DNA of 64,000 nucleotides. Origin: Akkermansiaceae bacterium. GTDB taxonomy: Bacteria > Verrucomicrobiota > Verrucomicrobiia > Verrucomicrobiales > Akkermansiaceae. The stretch covers positions 96,001 through 160,000 of the forward strand of contig JBPOGF010000003.1 of assembly GCA_051251915.1 (NCBI GenBank), in the 5' to 3' direction. Below the pieces are notes generated by a model, which was not told the DNA's origin, made no database searches, and saw only the letters and a program-made list of their open reading frames with translations. Shown here in pieces: positions 20,407 to 30,527 of the stretch (positions are counted from its first letter, which is position 1; each line of letters opens with the position of its first letter). Made by a program: the position numbers and the translations under genes.

Positions 20407-20744
20407 TGGTGTTTGAGAATCCGCTAGAGATTTCCTGTCAGCAGACGAAGGAGTTGTTAGAGGGGGATAGTCCTCCTCTGTTGATCGATTGTCGGGAGCA
20501 GCATGAGTTTGATTTTTGTCGGATAGAGGGTGCTGTTTTGGTTCCGCTTTCGGACTTTAGCGGTAGGGCGGAAGCATTGCTTTACCATGCGGATCAGGAG
20601 GCTATCATTTATTGTCATCATGGTGTGAGGTCGCTACACGCTGTGCAGTATCTGCACCAGCAAGGCTTTACGAAGGCATTGAGTATGCAGGGTGGGATTG
20701 ATGTATGGTCTGCGGTGATTGATGGCAGCATTGAAAGGTATTGA
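20406..20744 (+). CDS. Rhodanese-like domain protein
   Basis: LIDCRE..E, YCHHGVRS, GGIDVW. Confidence 0.9.
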   Translation: MVFENPLEISCQQTKELLEGDSPPLLIDCREQHEFDFCRIEGAVLVPLSDFSGRAEALLYHADQEAIIYCHHGVRSLHAVQYLHQQGFTKALSMQGGIDVWSAVIDGSIERY

Positions 20745-20838
20745 GCTGGCTGGGGCACTTCGCGGAGAAGATTGGCTAGGAGTTTGAATAAATGTTTCCT
20801 GCTACTTTTGGAATTTGACGTTGTTAAAATTATTTAAC

Positions 20839-23136
20839 ATGAAACGATTTAAATTACTCTCCGGCACTTTATTTTCTGCATTAGCTTTATTCACAAGCTC
20901 AACCGAGGCTTTTAGCCAAACTGGGCCGACGATTGTTGATCATTATATTATTGATGATGGAGAGACTGCTTTGGCTGGATTGTTAGAGGCGGGGGATCGG
21001 TTTGGTCGCGATTTTAATCCAATGGGTGATCTTGATCTTGATGGGGTGCCAGATTTTGTGGTTGGAGCACGTTCTGATGATGATGGGTTTACGGATGCAG
21101 GGGCGGTGTATATTTTGTTTATGAATGCTGATGGCTCGGTGAAGTCTCATTCTAAAATTTCTGCTACGAGTGGTGGTTTGACTGCGGCAGGTGTTACTCT
21201 GTCTGCGGGGCAATTCTTTGGTTATGCTGTGACTAGTGTTGGTGATCTTGATGGTGATAGTGTTCAGGACTTAGCTGTTGGTGCGCGGCGGGGAGGTGCT
21301 ACTGAGGATGGGGGAGCGATTTTCATCACTTTTTTGAATCGTGATGGCTCTGTAAAAGCGGTGCAGCCGATCACTAATACTGAGGGGACTCTGGGGCTAC
21401 CGTTGATCAGTAGTGATTTCTTTGGTGAGGCGGCGACTTCACTGGGGGTAATCGATGGCGTTCCCACATTGGCGGTATCGAATGCATTTGATGATGATGG
21501 CGGTAATAACCGTGGTGCTATTTACATCCTTAGCCTGAATGCTGATGGAACTGCGATACCTACGAAGACGGTAAAAATTAGTTCTACATCTGGGGGGTTC
21601 GGAACTGGGCTTACTAATGGGGACCAATTTGGTGGCCGCGATATTGCACTGCTAGGTGACATTGATGGTGATATGAATCTTGATATTGCTGTTGGGGCAT
21701 TTTCTTCCAATGATGGAAGGGGTGCTGTCTGGGTGCTAAGGTTGAATGCGGACTTCACAGTGAAGGCTAAGCAGAAGATCGGGCAGGGAGTTGGTGGGCT
21801 ACAGGCGACGCTGGAGATAGATGATAACTTTGGTCATACTGTGACTTCACCAGGTGATATTGATGGTGATGGGATTCCGGATCTCATTACGTCTGCCAAT
21901 AAGAGTGATGTGGGAGATACGGATCTTGGTGAGCTTTATTATATTTATCTTAATAGCGATGGCACTGTGAAACAGGAGATACGGGCTAATGATTTGACGG
22001 GGACTCTTCCCTTCGCACTTCCTAGCTTGGGGAGGTTTGGGCGGGTTGTTTCCGTATTAGGTGATTTAGCTAATGATGGAACTATTTGTCTTGCTGTGGG
22101 TGGTGGCGCGGGAAGCACGGGTATTATCTATTTACTTTTCCTTGAGCCTGAGGCCACACCACTTTTAAGCAGTCCTACAGCTATTACAGGTAATGTTCTG
22201 TGGTTGGATGCGAGTGATCCTGATGGTGATTTTATTACTGGTGGAACATTTTCGAATGATGATACCTGGGTGGATAAATCGAGCCTGAAGAATGCTAATG
22301 CTACACAAGCTGTGGCAAACATTAGACCTACTCTCATAGCTGACGCACACTGTGGGCTTTCCGTGGTTGAATTTGATGGTAATGATTATATGGATGTGGC
22401 TTCTGCTGCGTTTGGGATGCTTAAAAATAAAACTGGTGCTACGGTCTTTGCTGTTGCTCGTCCTACTGAAGTGCCGAGTATGGGTGGTGGGCACCGAGTT
22501 TTCATGGCATCTACAGGGACAAATAGTGACTCTACTCGCGCAGGGTTTAGTTTCTATGATTCTTTTGGAACTGGTCTTTCTGGCACAGGTGATGCTGGAC
22601 TGAATGGTCGTAGATTAGATACTGATGGGTACCAACGGATTAGTGGAGGGGATGCCTCATTGGACAGGCTTACTCATTGGACAGGAATCTTTAATTACGC
22701 ACATTCCAGCCTTGAGCTATATGCAGATGGAGGACTGGTTAGTAGCGCTAGTAACTTTCAAACAGATGGAAACACTGAGAATACAGATAGTTTGAATATA
22801 CGACTTGGGGCTGATGCTAGTCTGACTCAATTGCGAGGTTTCTTTAAGGGTGATCTTGCCGAGTTGATCATTTATGACAGAGTGCTTACTGCTCCTGAAC
22901 GACAGAAGATAGAGCAATGGTTAGATGCTAAGTGGTCCGCGCCAGTCATAGATCTTGATATTACTGGTGGAAATATCGAGGCGTCATGGCCTGTTACACC
23001 GGTGGAATGGACTCTCGAAACTTCGGTAGACCTCATTGACTTCATTCCAGCTACTACGACAAACCAAATTGGGAATCAGATTATTTTTACTGAGCCTCTT
23101 ACACTAGAAAAGAAGTTTTTCAGGCTGGTTCGCTGA
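20839..23136 (+). CDS. Secreted FG-GAP (integrin-like) beta-propeller plus LamG domain protein with a C-terminal FFRL domain
   Basis: Repeated FG...GDLDGDGxxDLxVGA...GAxYI units; LWLDASD...GDLAELIIYDRVL; ends KKFFRLVR. ATG 20839 chosen as start. Confidence 0.88.
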   Translation: MKRFKLLSGTLFSALALFTSSTEAFSQTGPTIVDHYIIDDGETALAGLLEAGDRFGRDFNPMGDLDLDGVPDFVVGARSDDDGFTDAGAVYILFMNADGSVKSHSKISATSGGLTAAGVTLSAGQFFGYAVTSVGDLDGDSVQDLAVGARRGGATEDGGAIFITFLNRDGSVKAVQPITNTEGTLGLPLISSDFFGEAATSLGVIDGVPTLAVSNAFDDDGGNNRGAIYILSLNADGTAIPTKTVKISSTSGGFGTGLTNGDQFGGRDIALLGDIDGDMNLDIAVGAFSSNDGRGAVWVLRLNADFTVKAKQKIGQGVGGLQATLEIDDNFGHTVTSPGDIDGDGIPDLITSANKSDVGDTDLGELYYIYLNSDGTVKQEIRANDLTGTLPFALPSLGRFGRVVSVLGDLANDGTICLAVGGGAGSTGIIYLLFLEPEATPLLSSPTAITGNVLWLDASDPDGDFITGGTFSNDDTWVDKSSLKNANATQAVANIRPTLIADAHCGLSVVEFDGNDYMDVASAAFGMLKNKTGATVFAVARPTEVPSMGGGHRVFMASTGTNSDSTRAGFSFYDSFGTGLSGTGDAGLNGRRLDTDGYQRISGGDASLDRLTHWTGIFNYAHSSLELYADGGLVSSASNFQTDGNTENTDSLNIRLGADASLTQLRGFFKGDLAELIIYDRVLTAPERQKIEQWLDAKWSAPVIDLDITGGNIEASWPVTPVEWTLETSVDLIDFIPATTTNQIGNQIIFTEPLTLEKKFFRLVR

Positions 23137-23279
23137 TGCCCTTAGTCATTGCCATTTGGTCGTTTCCTCCTTGAGATTGCGGTTATTGTAATAAACCGTT
23201 GCAAAGGATGAGGCGGGTGTTCAGGATGTTGGTAATTGATGAATAGTGATGAACAATTTCAACTCAGGTGCGACTTTTT

Positions 23280-24086
23280 ATGAGGAAGTTTGGGGTTATT
23301 TTTGGGCTGCTCGTGGTTCTAGTGGGTTGTTGTTATTTGATGCTGAGTGATCGGGATGGTGGCTGGGATGATGTGGACGAGTTGGAAATTTATTGTGCGG
23401 CGGTTTTGCAGAAACCAGTGGAGGAGGTGGCGCGGCGGTATGAGGAGGAGCATGGTGTGAAGGTGAGACTGAACTTTGGTGGGTCTGGGCAGTTGTTGGC
23501 GAAGTTGGAGGTGGCTGATGGGGATCTGTATTTGCCGGCTGATGTGGGTTATATTGAGATGGCTAGGGAGAAGGGGTTGGTGGTGGCTAGGGGTTCGATT
23601 CCGGTGAGTTATCTTACTGCGGGGATTATTGTGAAGAAGGGGAACCCGAAGGGTATCCGAATGTTGAGTGATCTGGCACGGGATGGTGTGAGGGTGGTGA
23701 TAGCGGAGCGGTCAGCGGCGGTGGGGAAGTTTACTCATGAGGTGCTGGAGGGGGAGGGTTTGTTAGCGGCTATTGAGGGTGGTGATGTTTCTAAGACGGG
23801 AACGGTGAGTGAGGTGGCGATGCAGGTGGAGCTGGGTGCGGCGGATGCGGGGGTGGTGTGGGATGCGGTGATGCCGCAGTTTAGAGGGTGTGAATTTGTG
23901 CGGGCGGTGGAATTTGAGAAGGTGCAGAAATATGCGGAGATTGGTGTTTTGAAGAGTAGCCAAAGAGGTGCTGAGGCGTTAAAGTTTGCACGTTATCTGA
24001 CTGGGAAGGATGAGGGGGCTGTGATTTTTAGAAAGCATGGTTTTGATGTGATGACTAAGAAGGATGAGAAAATTAGCGAACAGTAA
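23280..24086 (+). CDS. modA: Molybdate ABC transporter substrate-binding protein
   Basis: YCAAVL, FGGSGQL, DLYLPAD, GNPKGI, GAADAGVVW; operon with permease and ATPase. Confidence 0.88.
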   Translation: MRKFGVIFGLLVVLVGCCYLMLSDRDGGWDDVDELEIYCAAVLQKPVEEVARRYEEEHGVKVRLNFGGSGQLLAKLEVADGDLYLPADVGYIEMAREKGLVVARGSIPVSYLTAGIIVKKGNPKGIRMLSDLARDGVRVVIAERSAAVGKFTHEVLEGEGLLAAIEGGDVSKTGTVSEVAMQVELGAADAGVVWDAVMPQFRGCEFVRAVEFEKVQKYAEIGVLKSSQRGAEALKFARYLTGKDEGAVIFRKHGFDVMTKKDEKISEQ

Positions 24087-24948
24087 AAAATCTATTGAGG
24101 GTGCCGGCGGTTGGTTTGGTGCTTGGCTGGGGATGTCGTTGTTTGTGTATCTGGGCTTGATCGTGTTGTTGATCGTGGCGGATGTTTGGTATGTGATTGC
24201 GGCGTGCTGGGGGAGTGCTGATGGTGTTTCGCAGATGTTAGACTGGCCGAATTTGTGGGACTCGGTGAAGTTGACGTTTTTGAGTTGTACGGTGAGTGCT
24301 ATTTTATCGGTGGTTGTTGCGGTGCCGATTGGTTATTTGCTGTCGCGGTATCGGTTCTTTGGTAGGTCGGTGATTGATGCGATGTTGGACATTCCGGTGG
24401 TGTTGCCACCGTTGGTGGTGGGGTTGAGTTTGTTGATTTTGTTTAATAACTTTCCGCCTAAGATTTTGGGTTGGGGGGTGGAGTCGCTGGATGGCTATCT
24501 GGGGTATCTTGGGATGCGGGTGACGAATACGAAGCTGGCGGTGATTTTGGCGCAGTTTACGGTGGCGGCGGCGTTTGCGATTAGGACGGTGAAGGCGACT
24601 TTTGATCAGATAGATCCGAGGAGTGAGCAGGTGGCGATGACGATAGGGGCGTCACGTGGGCGGGCGTTTTTTGATGTGGTGCTGCCGCAGTCGTATCGTG
24701 GGATAGTGGCGGCTGGGACGTTGGCTTGGGCGCGGGCGCTGGGTGAGTTTGGTCCTATTTTGGTATTTGCGGGGGCGACTAAGGGGAAGACTGAGGTGCT
24801 TTCGACGTCGGTGTATTTAGAGATTAATACGGGGAATATCAATGGGGCGGTGATTATTTCGCTGCTAATGATAGCGCTGGCGATGGTTACGATTTTGACG
24901 GTGAGGGTTTGTACTGAGAAAGGAGTGAAGCATGATTTGCATCGATAA
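24064..24948 (+). CDS. modB: Molybdate ABC transporter permease
   Basis: DIPVVLPPLVVGL and WARALGEFG motifs. Confidence 0.88.
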   Translation: MRKLANSKKSIEGAGGWFGAWLGMSLFVYLGLIVLLIVADVWYVIAACWGSADGVSQMLDWPNLWDSVKLTFLSCTVSAILSVVVAVPIGYLLSRYRFFGRSVIDAMLDIPVVLPPLVVGLSLLILFNNFPPKILGWGVESLDGYLGYLGMRVTNTKLAVILAQFTVAAAFAIRTVKATFDQIDPRSEQVAMTIGASRGRAFFDVVLPQSYRGIVAAGTLAWARALGEFGPILVFAGATKGKTEVLSTSVYLEINTGNINGAVIISLLMIALAMVTILTVRVCTEKGVKHDLHR

Positions 24949-25579
24949 TATTTCTGTTAGAGCGGGATCTTTCACACTCTCAGAGGTAAGTTTTGAAATA
25001 GCAGATGGCGAGTGTTTGGCGCTGATGGGGAAGAGTGGGGCTGGGAAAACCACTATCATGGAGGCGATCTGTGGTTTGAGGGAAGTGGTGGCAGGGAGGA
25101 TCATCATCGGTGGTAAAGAACTTACCTCTGCTGCTCCGCGTGATAGGATGGTGGGGCTGGTGCCTCAGGATAATGTGCTTTTTGGAACGATGACGGTGCG
25201 GGAACATTTGGCGTATGGACCCATTTTAAGAAAATGGAAGAAAGCAGATATAGGAGCTAGGGTTGAGGAGGTGGCGGAGGAGCTGGGGATAAGTCATCTG
25301 TTAGACCGTTTGCCACGAGGTTTATCTGGTGGTGAGGCGAAGCGTGTGGCGATAGGGAGGGCTATTTCTGCTAAGCCTGCGCTGCTGTGCCTAGATGAGA
25401 GTTTTACGGGGCTTGATGGTGAGACTCTGCGTGAGGTGATGGGGGTGGTGAGGGCTACGATTCGGCAGGAGAAGATTAGTACTTTGTTGATTACGCATCA
25501 GCTGAATGAGGCTGAGATGTTAGGGGATGTGATTTATCAAATTTTGGATGGGGGGAGAGTTTGCCGGGGTGTTTTGTGA
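24932..25579 (+). CDS. modC: Molybdate ABC transporter ATP-binding protein (no TOBE domain)
   Basis: GKSGAGKT, LSGGE, LCLDE; operon context. Confidence 0.8.
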   Translation: MICIDNISVRAGSFTLSEVSFEIADGECLALMGKSGAGKTTIMEAICGLREVVAGRIIIGGKELTSAAPRDRMVGLVPQDNVLFGTMTVREHLAYGPILRKWKKADIGARVEEVAEELGISHLLDRLPRGLSGGEAKRVAIGRAISAKPALLCLDESFTGLDGETLREVMGVVRATIRQEKISTLLITHQLNEAEMLGDVIYQILDGGRVCRGVL

Positions 25580-25653
25580 AGAAATAGTGAGGGATTTGAG
25601 ATTTGCCATGGCGGCTTTTCTTAGGTAGTTCTGAGGAGATCCTTTAACCTTAC

Positions 25654-27276
25654 TTGCTTGTGCTGACCTCTATTTCTAAATCTTCCCGAACGTATCTATC
25701 TCTCGCAGTTGTTTTGATTATAAGCAGTGTGCTGGCGAGTTTGTCTGGGACGGGTGAGTCAGCTTTGTTGCGGGCGTTGTGGCCGGCGTTGGTTGCGTTG
25801 TTGCTGACTTTGGTTACACATCAGGCGATTGTTGGGTTGTTGTTTGGGGCGTTGACAGGGGTATTGTTTTTGACTGGGGGTAATGTTTTCCGGGCGGTGA
25901 CGACACTTACGGAGGAGCATTTCTTTCCGGCGTTTTCAGGGTCGTGGCATGTGGGGGCGATTTTGTTTACGTTGATTTTGGGTGCGTTTGCTATGGTGAT
26001 TGAGAGGTCTGGTGGGTTTGAGACTTTGGCGAATAGGTTGTTGAGTAGGAAAAAGGGTGATGCGCAGCGGGGGCTGGAGGCGACTACGGCGGGGCTTGGG
26101 CTGCTTTGTTTTTTCGATGGTTTGGCGAATTCTTTGTTGTTGGGGAGAATAACGAAGCCGTTGGCGGATAAGTTACGGGTGCCGAGGGCGAGGTTGGCTT
26201 ATATTGTGGATTCGACTTCTAGTTCGGTGGCTTGTATTGCGTTTATTTCGACTTGGATTGCGACTCAGCTGTCGTTGATTGAGCAGTCGATTCGGCCATA
26301 TACGCAGGTGGAAGATAGCGCGTATCAGCTGTTTTTCCGGTCGATTCCGAATAATTTTTATTGTTTGTTTACGCTGATTTTTCTGGCCTTTGTGATTGTC
26401 CGAAAGTGGGACATTGGGCCGATGAAGCGGGCGAAAGCGGAGGAGGTGAATGAGTTGGAAGCTGGTTCAGAAGACAAGGTGATGACACCTGTTAGAGTAG
26501 TGCTGATCCCTATTTTTATTCTTTCTGTGGCGATACTGACTTTGTTTTACACTTGGGATACGGCGACGTTGTTCCCGATTACGACGGAGAAGTTATCTGC
26601 TGCCTTTAGTGGGAGTGCGGGGCCATATGCGTTGACTGTGGGGGCGTTGATTGGGTTGTTTGCGGCTTGTGTTTTCTTTCCTAAAGGCAAGCGTGGGGAG
26701 CTGTCTGAGACGGTGACTTCTGGGGTGGCTACTATGTTGCAGCCGGTTTTGTTGCTGGTGTTGGCATGGACTTTTGGGAGTGTGATTAGTGAGTTGGGGA
26801 CGGGTAAGTGGGTGGCTGCGGCGCTGGGGACGCATTTTCCGGTGAATTATTTGCCCGCTGCGATTTTTGTTACGGGAGCGGTTATGGCATTGGTGACGGG
26901 GTCGTCTTGGGGGACGATGGCGCTGTTGATGCCGATAGCGATTCCGGCGTATTTGGATTTAGCTATGGAGGCTGGGGGTGATGTTTCTTTGTTACCTGCT
27001 GCTATTGCGGCGGTGTTTAGTGGGGCGGTATTTGGGGATCATTGTTCGCCGTTTTCTGATACGACGATTGTGTCGGCTTTTGCTTGTGGGGTTTCGCCGC
27101 AGGAGCATGTGATGACGCAGTTGCCTTATGCTTTGATTGCGGCGGGGACGGCGCTTTTGTTAGGGTTTGTTGTGATTGCTAATGGGGTTTCGGCGGTTGT
27201 TGCGATTGTTTTAGGGACGGTTTTTCTGGGTGGGTTGAGTTTTTGGGCGACGCGACATTTGAGTTCTGCTAGATAG
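25654..27276 (+). CDS. Na+/H+ antiporter NhaC family protein
   Basis: FFDGLAN, LAYIVDSTS, GSSWGT, GAVFGDHCSPFSDTT. Confidence 0.9.
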   Translation: MLVLTSISKSSRTYLSLAVVLIISSVLASLSGTGESALLRALWPALVALLLTLVTHQAIVGLLFGALTGVLFLTGGNVFRAVTTLTEEHFFPAFSGSWHVGAILFTLILGAFAMVIERSGGFETLANRLLSRKKGDAQRGLEATTAGLGLLCFFDGLANSLLLGRITKPLADKLRVPRARLAYIVDSTSSSVACIAFISTWIATQLSLIEQSIRPYTQVEDSAYQLFFRSIPNNFYCLFTLIFLAFVIVRKWDIGPMKRAKAEEVNELEAGSEDKVMTPVRVVLIPIFILSVAILTLFYTWDTATLFPITTEKLSAAFSGSAGPYALTVGALIGLFAACVFFPKGKRGELSETVTSGVATMLQPVLLLVLAWTFGSVISELGTGKWVAAALGTHFPVNYLPAAIFVTGAVMALVTGSSWGTMALLMPIAIPAYLDLAMEAGGDVSLLPAAIAAVFSGAVFGDHCSPFSDTTIVSAFACGVSPQEHVMTQLPYALIAAGTALLLGFVVIANGVSAVVAIVLGTVFLGGLSFWATRHLSSAR

Positions 27277-27305
27277 GGGGGCTTGGTGCTTTGACCTGCG
27301 GTGCT

Positions 27306-27345
27306 GAACCACGAATAGCACTAACATTCACGTATGGTGGATGAT
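27306..27345 (+). repeat. Dispersed triplet repeat, CACGAAT type (copy A, degenerate)
   Basis: gaacCACGAATagCACTAACattCACGTATggtggatgatg; similar to 38476-38516. Confidence 0.65.
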
Positions 27346-27365
27346 GGAACGCTTGGGTTGATGGA

Positions 27366-27436
27366 TTTTTTTTGAACCACGGAATGCACAGAAGGCACGG
27401 AACAGGATTGATGGGTAGGGAAGCTTGGGGAGATGG
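27366..27436 (+). repeat. Dispersed triplet repeat, CACGGAA type (copy B)
   Basis: T8-gaacCACGGAAtgCACAGAAggCACGGAAcaggattgatggg; close match to 37865-37937. Confidence 0.8.
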
Positions 27437-27437
27437 G

Positions 27438-27803
27438 TTATTTTAGTTCTATGCGGTAGAGGTGCATGGTGGTATTGCCTGTGTTTTGGATGCTGTAGTG
27501 GGGGCCGTGGGCGGGGGTCCAGTAGGCGCCTCTTGGTGGGGTGGCTTTGCTGACTATTTTGCCGGTGGCGTCACGGATGGTGCTTTGTGAGGTTTGGTGG
27601 ACGATGATGACGGCTGGGAGGTCGTGGTTGTGGAGGGGGACTTTTTCACCGGGTGGGAGGATGACTTCCATGACGCGGGTGCGGTCATTTTCGAGGATGG
27701 GATGGTGGCCTGCTGGTGCTGGCTTGAGGTGATGCTGGGTGCATGAAGTTAGGTACATGGCACCAAGTAGACTGAAGATAGAAATGATGCGTTGGAGGGG
27801 CAT
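27438..27803 (-). CDS. Cupin domain lipoprotein
   Basis: Lipobox LTSC; cupin motifs PPGEKVPLHNH and PAHGPHYSIQNTG. Confidence 0.8.
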   Translation of the reverse strand: MPLQRIISIFSLLGAMYLTSCTQHHLKPAPAGHHPILENDRTRVMEVILPPGEKVPLHNHDLPAVIIVHQTSQSTIRDATGKIVSKATPPRGAYWTPAHGPHYSIQNTGNTTMHLYRIELK

Positions 27804-27813
27804 CGGTTAGGGG

Positions 27814-27954
27814 TTAGCAAGTGACGATGTTTGAGACGGTGTTACACTTTTGAATTTGGGGAATTACTTTATCATTTTCTGGTTGGGTGGTCTGGCAGGA
27901 AGAAAATGAGATGGCGATGATGACGGTGGTGAGTATTTTGATGATGGTTTTCAT
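27814..27954 (-). CDS. Small lipoprotein, 46 aa, C-terminal Cys (paralog 2)
   Basis: Manual translation MKTIIKILTTVIIAISFSSCQTTQPENDKVIPQIQKCNTVSNIVTC*; lipobox FSSC; paralogous to 27981-28118. Confidence 0.75.
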   Translation of the reverse strand: MKTIIKILTTVIIAISFSSCQTTQPENDKVIPQIQKCNTVSNIVTC

Positions 27955-27980
27955 GGGGGGGAGTTCACCAGTTAGGCGTC

Positions 27981-28118
27981 TTAGCAGACGATCATTGGTC
28001 CGTGATCAGGATTATGAACTGGTGGGATGACATTATCGTTTCCAGATGGCATTGACTGGCAGGATGAGAATGCGATAGCGATGAGTGCACCGGTGACGAG
28101 TTTGATGATGGTTTTCAT
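27981..28118 (-). CDS. Small lipoprotein, 45 aa, C-terminal Cys (paralog 1)
   Basis: Manual translation MKTIIKLVTGALIAIAFSSCQSMPSGNDNVIPPVHNPDHGPMIVC*; lipobox FSSC. Confidence 0.75.
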   Translation of the reverse strand: MKTIIKLVTGALIAIAFSSCQSMPSGNDNVIPPVHNPDHGPMIVC

Positions 28119-28140
28119 GGGTATTTTTATCTGATTATGG

Positions 28141-30417
28141 TTAATCTGTTAGGTTACTTTTTTTGATTCCTAGTTTTTCTTCGTATTCGAAGTTTGGTGG
28201 GAGGCCTGCTCTGAGAGCGTTGTTGTATGCTTCTTTTGCTTTGGTGGTCTCGCCTAAGACGTAGTGGATTTGTGAGAGGTTGAACTGTGCTTCTTTGTGC
28301 TCAGGGTCTATTCTTATCGCTTTGTTGAGGTATTCTTTAGCTTGGGTGTCATTACCAGATGCGTGGGCGATGAGTCCTAGGTAGATGTATGCATCTGTGT
28401 AGTCTGGGCGGATGTGGATGGCGGCTTCGAGTGATTTTTTAGCCATGACGTCATCGTTGGTTTTGAATCTGCAGTAGCCTAGCATGAAGTGGGTGTAGGC
28501 GTTGTTTTCTTTAAGTTGGGCGCCGTTTTCGAAGATTTCTTCGGCTTCTATGAACTCGCCGATCTGTGCGCGAACTACGCCTCGGTTGATGAAGAATGGG
28601 TAGTGGTGGCCGTGGGCGTCATAGGCTTGGTCAAAGACGTCTTTGGCGGTTTGTAGGTTGCCACTTTCTACGAATCGTTTGGCTAGTGATTCTAGTGATT
28701 CGATTTGGTTTTGGGATTTTACTTTGGCAATCGCTCTGGCCTCTGGTGAGGTGGCGCCGCTGGCGATGACGAATCTGTCTGTGTCTGCTTGTTCTTTTAG
28801 GATTTGGCTTTCTCTGGCTGTGAGCTTGACGTTGTTTTCTGTTAGGTTGACGATGGCATCGGTCAGCTCTGGGTTTTTGATGTTGGCTTTTTGATATTCT
28901 GCGATGAGTATTTTCTCGGCTTGTTTCCTTCTGTCTAGCTGAGTGGTGATGCGCTTGAGGGCTTCTTTGAGTGTGGTGACTTCTTCAGCTTGGAGTGGGT
29001 TACTAGGGCCACTGGCGATGCGCTTTTCTAGTTGTTCTTTGGTGACTCTGAGGTTGTCTTCTAGTGAGCCAATGCGTCTGATGTAGTTGGTGTTTTCTGA
29101 CTGGAGATCGATGATTTTTTTCTTGGCTACTGCTAGCTTGTTTTCTGCGATGATAATTTGATCCTGAGCGGCGTTTTGGTTGGTTAGGAGCTGTTTGATG
29201 GAGTTCTGAGCCTTTCGGAGTTCTTCACCTAGGCGGAGAGCTTCTTGGATAGTTTTCTTGGTGCGGTCACCGTCGCTGAGGTCGAGGAGTTCGGAGAGTT
29301 TGTCTCTTTCTAGGGTGACTGCGGCGAGGTTCTGGGTGAGTTCGGCATTGATGTCGTTGGCGTTTGTGAGCTGGGTGCGGAGGCCTTCGTTCTCAGCATT
29401 TAGCGCGGTGACTTGGTCGTTGAGTGCGGTGATCTGGGCGGCTTGTGCTTTGATTTGGGTGCGTAGTGCATTGACTACTTTGTGACTTGCCTTTTTGGAG
29501 TCTTCTAACAATTCCGTTTGTTTTTTGTAGGCACTTTCGGCTAGCTTGAGTTCTCCGAGTAGCTCGTCTCTTTCTTTGGCGAGGTTTTGGTGATTGGTGA
29601 GGAGCCTTTTGTGGACAGATACGATGCCGTCGAGTTCTGATTCAAGTCGTTGTTTGTCTTGGGCGAGTTTCTCGATGTCTTTTTTGAGTGGTGCTGTGGC
29701 GAGCTTGGCGCGTTCGCGGGTGAGTTGATCGAGTGTTTCGATGGTTTTTTGCTGAGCTGATCTGGACTGGCGTTCTGAGGATCTGAGCTGGTCTTGGAGC
29801 TTGCGGATCTGGTCGTTGAGGATCTGGGTTTGGGAGTTTTCCCCACCTAGTCCTTGGGCAGCTTTTCTGAGATTTGTTTGGAGCTTGTCTATTTCTTGGT
29901 TGAGCTTGGTGGTCTCAGCTTTGTGTTTGAGGCGTTCTTGGTTGAGGGCGATTTTATATTGTCTTTCTTTTGTTCCAAGGTCTTCGACGCGTTGTTGTTG
30001 TCTGCCGCTGAGTTGGGGTAAATTGGGGCTTGGGATGCCGTTTTCTGAGGTGTTAGACTCGATGTATTTTTTGTATTTTTCTTGTTTGGCGAGTTGCTCT
30101 TTTTCTGCGAGTGGCTGGACGCGTGTGATGCTTTCACCGGTGCTTTCTATGCGCATGGAGACGAGGGTTTGTTTCCAGTCTGGGTAGTTGATGTTGAGCG
30201 TCTTGTAGTAGCGGAGTGCTTGGTGGTATTTATTCCAGGCGTCTTGGTATTTCTCGGAAGCTTCTAACTTTTCTGCTTCATTGATGGCGTAGTATCCTGA
30301 GAGGAAGATGGAGCCTGGTCTCACTTTCTGGCCGGCGGAATCTTGCACTTGTGCATGACTGTAAGGGGTCAGCGCGAGTGTGGAGAATGTGAGTATAAAG
30401 AAGTAGAGTAGCTTCAT
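28141..30417 (-). CDS. Secreted long coiled-coil protein with C-terminal TPR repeats
   Basis: Signal peptide, long heptad-rich region, then TPRs (NRGVV, AYTHFMLG, AYIYLG, AQFNLS). Confidence 0.85.
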   Translation of the reverse strand: MKLLYFFILTFSTLALTPYSHAQVQDSAGQKVRPGSIFLSGYYAINEAEKLEASEKYQDAWNKYHQALRYYKTLNINYPDWKQTLVSMRIESTGESITRVQPLAEKEQLAKQEKYKKYIESNTSENGIPSPNLPQLSGRQQQRVEDLGTKERQYKIALNQERLKHKAETTKLNQEIDKLQTNLRKAAQGLGGENSQTQILNDQIRKLQDQLRSSERQSRSAQQKTIETLDQLTRERAKLATAPLKKDIEKLAQDKQRLESELDGIVSVHKRLLTNHQNLAKERDELLGELKLAESAYKKQTELLEDSKKASHKVVNALRTQIKAQAAQITALNDQVTALNAENEGLRTQLTNANDINAELTQNLAAVTLERDKLSELLDLSDGDRTKKTIQEALRLGEELRKAQNSIKQLLTNQNAAQDQIIIAENKLAVAKKKIIDLQSENTNYIRRIGSLEDNLRVTKEQLEKRIASGPSNPLQAEEVTTLKEALKRITTQLDRRKQAEKILIAEYQKANIKNPELTDAIVNLTENNVKLTARESQILKEQADTDRFVIASGATSPEARAIAKVKSQNQIESLESLAKRFVESGNLQTAKDVFDQAYDAHGHHYPFFINRGVVRAQIGEFIEAEEIFENGAQLKENNAYTHFMLGYCRFKTNDDVMAKKSLEAAIHIRPDYTDAYIYLGLIAHASGNDTQAKEYLNKAIRIDPEHKEAQFNLSQIHYVLGETTKAKEAYNNALRAGLPPNFEYEEKLGIKKSNLTD

Positions 30418-30527
30418 GGCTGGAAAGACTATGCATTTTATGCTTCTGGGTGAAGCAGAATTTTTGAGAAGTGTTTACATTCTATCGTGTTGATAGGAAA
30501 CTAGTTGTCCCATGTGGGAGGTTGGGG

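Noticed and set aside
23137..23279. Moco riboswitch or ModE box upstream of modA
   Set aside because: Only an imperfect GGTTATT/AATAAACC hairpin; no recognisable conserved motif.
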